A stretch of 64,000 bases of DNA from Fibrobacter sp. (lineage in GTDB: Bacteria > Fibrobacterota > Fibrobacteria > Fibrobacterales > Fibrobacteraceae). Made by a program: the position numbers and the translations under genes. Where the stretch lies: positions 729 through 64,728 of the forward strand of contig NZ_JAZSAF010000048.1 in assembly GCF_045601785.1 (NCBI RefSeq), written 5' to 3'. The notes beneath the pieces are model-generated. The model saw nothing but the letters and a program-made list of their open reading frames with translations. It searched no databases and was not told the origin of the DNA. Positions 56,131 to 64,000 of this stretch are shown here, one piece after another (within the stretch, counting starts at the first letter, position 1; each line of letters begins with the position of its first letter).

Positions 56131-57306
56131 ATGGATCATGCTTCGCTAACATATCTGGTTTTTTTCTCAATATTATTCGTTTTTTTTGCGTTTCCTGTGT
56201 TTAGCAAATATAGACGGGATATTTCGGGAAATGTATTTGCTGTTCCGAAAAGGCCGCTGCTCCTAGATTGGAGCGTGATGTTACCTTGCATTATATACGC
56301 TTTTTTAGTGGGGTTTAGATATGATTATGGATATGATTGGATGCAGTATTTTTACACATTTAATTATATTCAAGAAGGTCGCCTTTTTCGAGAAACAACT
56401 GAAATTGGATATCTTTTTATAAATCGGTTGATTGGATTGGCTGGGGGGGATTTTTACACTCTACTTATTATAGAGAGTTTTTTTTGGGTGTTTTCGCTAT
56501 GTTTTTTGTTGAGGTCGAATAGGAGGGCGATTCACATAGTACTCCCTCTTTTTATTGCTTCCACGTGGTTTCGTGTACTGAATCTTTCTCGACAGCATTT
56601 TGCGATGTCTTTATTTTTTATTGCGGTGGCTTTTCTTTTTGAGGGAAAAAAGAAAAAATATTTGATTCTGGCGCTCATTGCAGCATCGATTCATACGAGT
56701 GTATTAATTTTTATCATCCCGTTCTTTTTCTTGGACAGAATAAAAAAAATACCGTCGTTAAAAAAAATTCTTTTGTGTTATCTAGGCGCGGTCACTCTAA
56801 AGAATGTGATGATAAATGTTTTGCTGTCTATGGGGACTTTTTTTACAATGTATGTTATTACAAATAAAGGATATACGGCAGATTCCTTGCTAGCGGATAC
56901 TTTTCAATGGCAAGTATCGTTGTCGAAAATGTTGAGTGGTTATTTTTTGGATGTGGTGACTATTTTGGGAGTAGCCTTCTTGTTGAAACATTCTGCACTA
57001 TATGATGAAACCGGAAAAAAAACGGCCGAATATTATATTTACATATTAGGTATTGTTGGCGCTTTGCTACGACCGATTGGAGAGTGCCATGAAATTTTTT
57101 CTAGAACATTTATGTATTTTACGTATTTTGAATACATTTGTTTTGGCTTATGGATTTTTTATCTACTAAAACATTTTAGATCGGATACGATGCCTTATTG
57201 GCTTAAGGCTGTCAGTATCTTGGCTTTGATGTATAGATTGTATAGTGCTTTTTTTTCGTTGAAATCCCAGATTTTGGCCGGAGTTTTTATAGAGTACATT
57301 TTTTAA
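56131..57306 (+). CDS. Wzy/EpsG-family polysaccharide polymerase
   Basis: Multi-TM; GFRYDYGYDW..Y, EIGY, RQ..A and IH.S motifs. Confidence 0.75.
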   Translation: MDHASLTYLVFFSILFVFFAFPVFSKYRRDISGNVFAVPKRPLLLDWSVMLPCIIYAFLVGFRYDYGYDWMQYFYTFNYIQEGRLFRETTEIGYLFINRLIGLAGGDFYTLLIIESFFWVFSLCFLLRSNRRAIHIVLPLFIASTWFRVLNLSRQHFAMSLFFIAVAFLFEGKKKKYLILALIAASIHTSVLIFIIPFFFLDRIKKIPSLKKILLCYLGAVTLKNVMINVLLSMGTFFTMYVITNKGYTADSLLADTFQWQVSLSKMLSGYFLDVVTILGVAFLLKHSALYDETGKKTAEYYIYILGIVGALLRPIGECHEIFSRTFMYFTYFEYICFGLWIFYLLKHFRSDTMPYWLKAVSILALMYRLYSAFFSLKSQILAGVFIEYIF

Positions 57307-57349
57307 TCAAATTTATAAAAGTTAAACCACTTTTTTTTGAACAGCGTAT

Positions 57350-58423
57350 ATGAGAATCTGTCTTGCGGTAAAAAAAACTGACCATTACGTAAACAAATTT
57401 ATTCCTGAATTGGCATGGGGTTTAGAGTATGCGGGGAATGAGGTCGGTATAGGGGTTGAGACCATTTGGTCTGAATCAGTTTTTCAGTATGATGTTGTTT
57501 ATTTTCATTGGCCTGAATTCCTGTTCAACGGAGCCTCGAATGAGGACTGCGAAAAATTAAGAAAAAAAATAAGGGAAATGAAAGATGCGGGAATAACAAT
57601 TGCTGCGCATTGCCATAATTTAAAACCGCATGATCCGTCAAAAACAATAGAGCTGGCGTTATACAAAATTGTGTATGAAAATTGCGATGTGATGATTCAT
57701 ATGGGTGGCTATAGCTTGAAAAAGATGCAGACTGACTATCCAAAAACAAGGCATTTCCTCGTTCCGCATCACATATATAGCCATTTTTATTCTTTTTCTT
57801 ACGACTCTTTATCCGCTAGACGTCATTTGAAACTATCTAAATCTAAATGCGTTATCCTTTGCTTTGGGGCATTTCGAAATGAAAAAGAACGCAATCTTTT
57901 TGTTTTTCTAAGAAAAAAGTTGAATCATAGTGTATTCGAAATTGTTGCGCCGAGCTATTTTCGTGGAAAAATTATTCAAAAAAACATCCTTAAAGGTCTG
58001 AACAATCTTGTTAAGATTATTCAATACAAATTAAAAGGAATTAAGTTTACGACAAAGTTTTTGAATGATGATGAAATGCAAATGTATTTCTGTGCGGCAG
58101 ACATCATCCTAATTCAAAGACCGGATATCCTAAATTCAGGGAATTTGCCTATGGGTTTTGCTGCAGGAAAAGTTGTTGTTGGACCTGACATAGGAAATAT
58201 TTCTGATTTGTTGGTTTCTACGAATAATCCGGTATTCAAAGTGGGAGATGATGCTTCGCTGATTGATGCAATTGAAATGGCTCGAATCCTTGTCTCAAAT
58301 GGGCATGGAATTTCGAACAAAAAATATGCAGAAGCGTATTGGTCGCCAGAAAAAATTGGCGGGACTATAACAACTTTTTTTCAAGAGGTTCTCGATGAAA
58401 AAAATAATAAAGAAATTGATTAG
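57350..58423 (+). CDS. Glycosyltransferase (GT4-like)
   Basis: FHWPE, FGAFR..K, SGNL.MGFA.GK.VV.PD.G. Confidence 0.7.
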   Translation: MRICLAVKKTDHYVNKFIPELAWGLEYAGNEVGIGVETIWSESVFQYDVVYFHWPEFLFNGASNEDCEKLRKKIREMKDAGITIAAHCHNLKPHDPSKTIELALYKIVYENCDVMIHMGGYSLKKMQTDYPKTRHFLVPHHIYSHFYSFSYDSLSARRHLKLSKSKCVILCFGAFRNEKERNLFVFLRKKLNHSVFEIVAPSYFRGKIIQKNILKGLNNLVKIIQYKLKGIKFTTKFLNDDEMQMYFCAADIILIQRPDILNSGNLPMGFAAGKVVVGPDIGNISDLLVSTNNPVFKVGDDASLIDAIEMARILVSNGHGISNKKYAEAYWSPEKIGGTITTFFQEVLDEKNNKEID

Positions 58424-59093
58424 GGTATGGGTGACACGATCGAGTAAATCGTATATAAAATATTTAAAATCAAAGGGAATTGCAATTGGCAATGGAACTT
58501 TTATTCGCGATCCGAAGTCTTTTCGCTGTGATTCTACGAGATGTGCGTCGATTACAATTGGTTCGAATGTCTACTTTAACATAAACACATCGATTATTGC
58601 TCATGATGAAACGGCAAAGGTGTTCCGTATAAAATATCGTGATTGGCTGCCTTCTAATGGCGAAATTACTATAGGAAATAACATTGTTTTTGCAAGAAAT
58701 GTGACTATATTAAAAGGCGTTCACATAGGCGACAATTGTATTATTGGTTTTGGAAGCGTTGTTACAAAGGATATTCCCCCCAATTCTGTTGCCGTAGGTT
58801 GTCCTGCCAAGGTTATTTGCTCTCTAGATGATTATTACAAAAAGCGTCAAGAGCGGGCCTTGGAAGAGAGTTTTGAATATGCTCGAAATATTCAGAATAG
58901 GTTTAATCGTAGGCCTATTCCGAAAGATTTTCCAGAAAGTTTTGTTTTTTTTGTTAGTGGAAATCAGATGGAATCATATCCAGAAATGCCGTTTAAACAT
59001 CAATTAGGTCCTCTTTATGATGATTACAAAAAAACGCATAAAGCAATTTTTGCTTCCTTTGACGATTTTTTGAATGCGGCCGGTATAAAATAA
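58395..59093 (+). CDS. Hexapeptide-repeat O-acyltransferase
   Basis: IGNNIVFARNVTILKGVHIGDNCIIGFGSVVTKDIPPNSVAVGCPAK. Confidence 0.85.
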   Translation: MKKIIKKLIRVWVTRSSKSYIKYLKSKGIAIGNGTFIRDPKSFRCDSTRCASITIGSNVYFNINTSIIAHDETAKVFRIKYRDWLPSNGEITIGNNIVFARNVTILKGVHIGDNCIIGFGSVVTKDIPPNSVAVGCPAKVICSLDDYYKKRQERALEESFEYARNIQNRFNRRPIPKDFPESFVFFVSGNQMESYPEMPFKHQLGPLYDDYKKTHKAIFASFDDFLNAAGIK

Positions 59094-59113
59094 TTTTATA
59101 TGAGGAACTTTAG

Positions 59114-60127
59114 ATGAATATAGAAGAGCCACTGGTTAGTATTATTCTTCCAACATACAATGTAGCTTCATTCTTGTTGCAATGTTTGGAAAGCGTGAAT
59201 TCGCAAACCTACCAAAATTATGAGGTCCTGATAATTATAGATGGAGCCACGGATGGATCTTATGAAATTGCTGCGGAATACTGTAAAAATCATTCAAAAT
59301 TTGCAGTTTATTGGCAGGAAAATGCGGGAAGTGGCCCTGCACGAAATGCTGGACTTGCGAAGGCAAAAGGTGATTTTGTTATGTTCGTGGATCCGGATGA
59401 TTGGATTGAAAAGGACTTGCTTGAAAAATTAGTAGTTGGACAAAAGGATGGTGACTATGACTTGGTCGCAACTCAGAGAATAAAGGTAAAATGCAATAAT
59501 AAGGGCGTGGTTATAAAGCGAAAACCATTTTTTTTTGAAGATTGTTCTTTGAACACTCGGGAAGATGTTCGCCTTGCTTTTTTTCATATGCTTCAGAAAG
59601 GAGTCGTTAGCTCTCCAACTCAAAAACTATACAAAATGTCGATTATTCGGAACAACAAAATAGATTTTCCTGATTTAAGACGCTCGCAGGATGTTGTGTT
59701 TAATTATCGTTATTATGCCCATATTGAAAATTTGAGATTGTTGTCTTATAGTGGCTATAATTATAGAGTCCTTTTAGAAAATAGTTCTGGGAGGAGCTCT
59801 GCGGATTATTATAAGGTTATTGTATTCCAATATAATGGATATAAAGAATTGTATAAATCATGGAATATGGATTTTCCCGATGCTGATTTCTGTACATTCC
59901 TTTATGAAATTCGCATTTTTGCAAATTTGTTGCGATGTGCCAACCAGGGGTGGGATATTCGTCAAATTTTTGAAAATGAAATAATTAGTCACATCGTATT
60001 AAGCGCAAAGCCGAAGTCTAAAATGAAAAGAATAGTTAAAGGGTTGATTGTTAGAAGAAAATATGTTTCATTATTGGCTATTATGAAGGTTTTTTCTTTT
60101 TTCAAACAAACGGGCTTTGTGGGGTAG
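59114..60127 (+). CDS. Glycosyltransferase family 2
   Basis: VSIILPTYN, IIDGATD, ARNAGL..AKG.FV.FVDPDD. Confidence 0.9.
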   Translation: MNIEEPLVSIILPTYNVASFLLQCLESVNSQTYQNYEVLIIIDGATDGSYEIAAEYCKNHSKFAVYWQENAGSGPARNAGLAKAKGDFVMFVDPDDWIEKDLLEKLVVGQKDGDYDLVATQRIKVKCNNKGVVIKRKPFFFEDCSLNTREDVRLAFFHMLQKGVVSSPTQKLYKMSIIRNNKIDFPDLRRSQDVVFNYRYYAHIENLRLLSYSGYNYRVLLENSSGRSSADYYKVIVFQYNGYKELYKSWNMDFPDADFCTFLYEIRIFANLLRCANQGWDIRQIFENEIISHIVLSAKPKSKMKRIVKGLIVRRKYVSLLAIMKVFSFFKQTGFVG

Positions 60128-60131
60128 CGCG

Positions 60132-61463
60132 ATGTGGAAAAAAAATCCTAATGTTTCATATACCGTCAGACAGGATCTATGTACTGGTTGTGGCGTTTGT
60201 CAAGGGGCGTGCCCGACGGGTGCACTGACAATAAAGGCTACTAAATCCGGCGAGTTTCGACCGATAATTGATGAAAAAAAATGTAATAATTCAAAGGGCT
60301 GCCATCGGTGCTATGATTCATGTCCTGGAGTTGGTGTGAATCTTTTGTGTTTTGCTAAAGAAAATTTTAAAGATGAAGGCGTACAAGAAGATAAAATGGT
60401 TGGTCGATATTTGAAGTGCTTTACTGGCTATAGCAATGATGAGAAAATCCGTTATCATTCTGCCTCTGGGGGGATGATAACGCAGTTTTTGATATGGCTC
60501 TTAGAAAATAATTTAATTGATGGTGCTGTTGTCACGAAATTTGATAATAACAATGCGTTGATGGTTTCGTCTTACATAGCGACTACTAGAGATGAAGTTA
60601 TTGCTGCAAGAAGTTCTAAATATGCGCCGGTAACGTTGAATCATGCGGTACAAGACATAAAAAATGCTCCGGGAACAAGGTATGTAGTTGTTGGTGTGCC
60701 TTGCCATGTTCAAGGTTTTAGAAAGATGATGGCTATGGACAAACGCCTTCGGGAAAAGATTGTGGGACTTTTTGCTGTGTATTGTTCTTGCGGAAGAACA
60801 TTTAATTTGACAGAATATGTTTTGAAAGAACGTGGAATTAATAGAGACTGTTTGACATATTTCCAATATCGAGATGAAGGTTGCTTGGGCTCGTTGAAGG
60901 CGAAGGTGTTGCAGAAAGGCTCTATATTAAAACCTTTTACTCCGTATGCCGAATGTTTTGTTGAGAATGGAGAACAGGTTTATAAGGAAGAATTTCAGAG
61001 TTATTACCATCCGCTAAAAAGTTTTTTTATTCCTCGACGTTGTTTGTTCTGCATAGATCATTATGGAGAACTTGCCGATGTGAGTTTTGGAGATATTCAC
61101 ATTAAACCCTATTCTGATGATAAGATTGGTGTAAATTCTTTAATTGTTAGAAAACGGGACTGGTTAGACCTTCTAAAGCGATGTAGAGAAAATGGAAACA
61201 TAACGCTGGATGAAGTTTCCTTTGAAACAATCTCGGATTCGCAAAAAATGTCTTTTAAGAAAAAGGGGAGAAATGGAGCTTTTTTAAAAATTGTTTCCTT
61301 TTTAGGCGGAAGTGTCCCCAAATATGATGTTGATTATTTGAGACCGCCGATGTTGCGGGACTATTTTGATTATATGCAAAATCGGTTTCAGCAATTTATT
61401 GGTCGACATAAAAAATTGTGGTTTTTGATTCCGTTATTAAAAGGAAAGGTTGATATTCACTGA
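60132..61463 (+). CDS. 4Fe-4S protein with FrhB-like domains, copy 2
   Basis: CTGCGVCQGACP, CHRCYDSCP, SASGG, SSKY and GVPCHV motifs. Confidence 0.85.
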   Translation: MWKKNPNVSYTVRQDLCTGCGVCQGACPTGALTIKATKSGEFRPIIDEKKCNNSKGCHRCYDSCPGVGVNLLCFAKENFKDEGVQEDKMVGRYLKCFTGYSNDEKIRYHSASGGMITQFLIWLLENNLIDGAVVTKFDNNNALMVSSYIATTRDEVIAARSSKYAPVTLNHAVQDIKNAPGTRYVVVGVPCHVQGFRKMMAMDKRLREKIVGLFAVYCSCGRTFNLTEYVLKERGINRDCLTYFQYRDEGCLGSLKAKVLQKGSILKPFTPYAECFVENGEQVYKEEFQSYYHPLKSFFIPRRCLFCIDHYGELADVSFGDIHIKPYSDDKIGVNSLIVRKRDWLDLLKRCRENGNITLDEVSFETISDSQKMSFKKKGRNGAFLKIVSFLGGSVPKYDVDYLRPPMLRDYFDYMQNRFQQFIGRHKKLWFLIPLLKGKVDIH

Positions 61464-61465
61464 TT

Positions 61466-62629
61466 ATGAAAAAAATCGGCTGTGTCATTGCTTACCGAAA
61501 GGGACATACCAACTATGGAACGGCCTTGGTTGGTTATGCCTTGTTAAAAAAAATTCAGCAACTTGGCTATCAGGTTGAAGTTATTAATTATGTCAAGCGT
61601 CTTTCGATTATTCAAAAGATTGCTTTTGTGTGGAACGCTGTTCGTTGTGGGGAATCTAAAATTATTGTTGCGCGTTTAATGTCTAGACGGCTGCAAAAAA
61701 AATACCCCCAATATGCGGCTAACATACGTACTCGCATAAAAGCTGTCGAAGAGTATCAGTCTCGAAAATTTTTGCCATTATTTAAGGATTATGTTGGATA
61801 CGAATCATTGCATGAAGGTTCTAAGAATTATGACTCAGTTGTCGTAGGTAGCGATCAGGTGTGGACGCCAATGTCTTTGCCGAACAAATTTTTCAATCTG
61901 TTATTTGTAGATGACACCATTAGAAAAGTGGCTTATGGCTCTAGTTTTGGTGTGAGTTCTATACCACAATTTCAGCAGAAGGCTACGGGTTCGTATTTAG
62001 ACCGATTCTATAAGATTGGTGTTCGTGAGCAGAAAGGGAAAGAAATTGTAGATTCTTTGAGCCGTCAAAAAGCACAGGTTGTGGCAGATCCGACTATGCT
62101 TTTGAATGCAGACGAATGGCGACAAGAAATTTTTACAGAATCAGAAATATCTCCGTCAGAACCGTACATTTTTTGTTATTTTCTTGGTCCGAACCAGAAT
62201 GCCCGAAAAGCGGCTAATGAGCTGAAGGCTAAAACAGGCTATAAGATAGTTGCCTTACTCCATATGGACGAATATGTCCCAGAGGATGAAAAATTTGGTG
62301 ATGAAACGCCCTACGATGTAGATCCGAATGGATTCTTGCGATTGATACATAATGCATCTTATGTATGTACGGATTCATTCCATTGTTCTGCATTTAGCAT
62401 TCAATTTCACAAGCAGTTTATGACTTTTTATCGTTTTGCGCAGGAATCCTCGACTGGTCGCAATTCTCGAATAGATTCTTTGTTTAATGTGCTTGGAGTC
62501 AGTCGGGAACGGTTGTATCAAGGAGATGTGTCGAAAATAGACAACGCTATTGATTGGAATTCTATCGATAATAAACTTAAAAAACTAAGACAAGAGAGTA
62601 TTGCTTTCTTGAAAGAGTCTCTATCGTGA
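61466..62629 (+). CDS. Polysaccharide pyruvyl transferase family protein 2
   Basis: NYGTAL, GSDQVW, GVRE, DPTMLL and TDSFHC. Confidence 0.88.
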   Translation: MKKIGCVIAYRKGHTNYGTALVGYALLKKIQQLGYQVEVINYVKRLSIIQKIAFVWNAVRCGESKIIVARLMSRRLQKKYPQYAANIRTRIKAVEEYQSRKFLPLFKDYVGYESLHEGSKNYDSVVVGSDQVWTPMSLPNKFFNLLFVDDTIRKVAYGSSFGVSSIPQFQQKATGSYLDRFYKIGVREQKGKEIVDSLSRQKAQVVADPTMLLNADEWRQEIFTESEISPSEPYIFCYFLGPNQNARKAANELKAKTGYKIVALLHMDEYVPEDEKFGDETPYDVDPNGFLRLIHNASYVCTDSFHCSAFSIQFHKQFMTFYRFAQESSTGRNSRIDSLFNVLGVSRERLYQGDVSKIDNAIDWNSIDNKLKKLRQESIAFLKESLS

Positions 62630-63789
62630 TAAGGCGTTTCTTATTCATTTTGATTCTTTTGCTTTCCCAAGAGGCTTTTGCTCAGTGGAATGATTGGGTT
62701 GATGCCGAAACTGTTCGAGAGAATTTACTTAAGGCGCAGAATGAAGAAGTTTTTTATTTTAGTCAATATCTTCTTTATGATATAAGAAATGATACGAATT
62801 TTCATTCATCTAAGTTCAGGGAAAAAACGAAAGAGACTCTTTATATTTATGGATTAGACTTTTACTATGCCTCTGGAATGTTTTTTGACTCGGCGTACAA
62901 GGCGGTAAAACGTAAAAATATTGTGGATGTAGTGAAAACGCAGTGGCGTGAAAATAAAGCTATTCCCTCTTTTTCGTGGCACTTAGAAAACCCTTATGTG
63001 CCATCTGATTTTAGAAAGTTTATGGGATGCAGATATCGGAATAGTATTGATGTTTTTGGATACCCATCGGAACACAAATATGTTATTGGCGAAATATTAA
63101 ATAAGTCTGGGGGAATTTGTGGTTTTGGACGCTATAAATCTAAAGATGATTTTTCCAATGTTTACCCAAACCCATCGGAATGGTTCGATGCGAGAACAAG
63201 GGAAGTTGCTGATATTATCAACGAATTTGTTGATGATTCTGGTAAACCAATTCCATTTGTTTTTCGCTTGTGGCATGAAATGGAGGATAACTGGATGTGG
63301 TGGGGTAAAAGCTTTGTGACGCCAAGTGAATATAAGAATTTTTTTGCCTTAACACGTAAAAAAATTATGGGGTATGCTCCCAGGGCCCAAATTCTTTGGG
63401 CTTATTGCCCGGATAGTTATCTCGATTCAGAAGAAAAATTTATGGAACGATATCCTGGGGACGAATATGTCGATATTATCGGATATGATGATTATAAAAT
63501 TGCAAAACCCAAATATAGGGAGCGGGAGGTGAAGTATGCTAGAATGGTTACAAAAATTGCGCAAGAACATGGAAAGGTTGCTGCTTTGTTTGAGACTTCT
63601 AATAGTTATCGCCCAACATCAGAAACCTTCTTTAAGGATAGACTTTTGCCTGTTTTAAATGATTCGTTGGTGAATTTAGGACTTGTGCAAATGTGGGCGA
63701 GTGGTTTGTTTGAAAATGAAGCGCAATATGAAGATCGAAAATTTTTCTTAAATCAAAAGAATATTTTAAAAATTGAGACGGGTTTATGA
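62626..63789 (+). CDS. Glycoside hydrolase family 26-like protein, secreted
   Basis: Signal peptide; SWHLENP, FRLWHEM...W.WWG, YPGDEYVDIIGYD.Y and ALFET nucleophile motif. Confidence 0.75.
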   Translation: MIRRFLFILILLLSQEAFAQWNDWVDAETVRENLLKAQNEEVFYFSQYLLYDIRNDTNFHSSKFREKTKETLYIYGLDFYYASGMFFDSAYKAVKRKNIVDVVKTQWRENKAIPSFSWHLENPYVPSDFRKFMGCRYRNSIDVFGYPSEHKYVIGEILNKSGGICGFGRYKSKDDFSNVYPNPSEWFDARTREVADIINEFVDDSGKPIPFVFRLWHEMEDNWMWWGKSFVTPSEYKNFFALTRKKIMGYAPRAQILWAYCPDSYLDSEEKFMERYPGDEYVDIIGYDDYKIAKPKYREREVKYARMVTKIAQEHGKVAALFETSNSYRPTSETFFKDRLLPVLNDSLVNLGLVQMWASGLFENEAQYEDRKFFLNQKNILKIETGL

Positions 63790-64000
63790 AAAAAGAGGCA
63801 ATTGTTGTCGGCTGGATAAATACTGGTAAACCGGCTGATTGTGGTGAAACAATGAAAAACCAGTTGATGATTCAAAAACTGGAATCTTTTGGCGTTCGTT
63901 GTCATCAGGTCGATTTTAAAAATTGGCGAAAACATCCATGGGTGTTTTTTAAGTTGGCTTTCCTTATGTTGTTTCATCGGAGTTATGTACTTATTTTTTC
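63786..64000 (+). CDS. Start of another polysaccharide-locus gene (probable glycosyltransferase), cut off by the window edge
   Basis: ATG 63786 overlaps the GH26 stop; MKKGAIVVGWINTGKPADCGETMKNQ... remains open to the end. Confidence 0.55.
   Translation, partial: MKKEAIVVGWINTGKPADCGETMKNQLMIQKLESFGVRCHQVDFKNWRKHPWVFFKLAFLMLFHRSYVLIF

Overview
High-GC bacterial chromosome segment, most likely Fibrobacter (TIGR02147-family gene, Ser-rich linkers, CBM-bearing pectin enzymes with short C-terminal sorting tails). The left half is mostly core genome: monomeric icd (partial), a TIGR02147/lipoprotein pair, a PL10 pectate lyase and a CE8 pectinesterase, an M16 peptidase, a CDF transporter, an efflux adaptor, the yceD-rpmF-plsX-fabD-fabG-acpP-rnc cluster, an ABC peptide-binding lipoprotein, an outer-membrane barrel, two giant tandem paralogous surface proteins and a DASS transporter. 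Directly after rnc is a 1.25-kb mosaic array of GTC-tagged palindromes (10 forward and 5 inverted copies) with a GIY-YIG nuclease gene inside it. Some array spacers look like internally deleted copies of that gene, and solitary copies of the palindrome occur elsewhere in the window. This is the best candidate for an undescribed REP-mobilising system. The right half has two near-identical ugd genes with duplicated promoters. They bracket about 12 kb of cargo: a large surface protein, a 46-aa YxxP peptide, and a decayed minus-strand island (integrase fragments, three RhuM paralogs, Panacea TA, AAA/RloB, antitoxin/GNAT). An AT-rich Wzx/Wzy polysaccharide locus follows (two pyruvyl-transferase/FrhB-like Fe-S pairs, TagD/TagF, GH26) and runs off the end. 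No rRNA, tRNA or CRISPR array was seen. All calls are by eye from motifs; no database searches were run.
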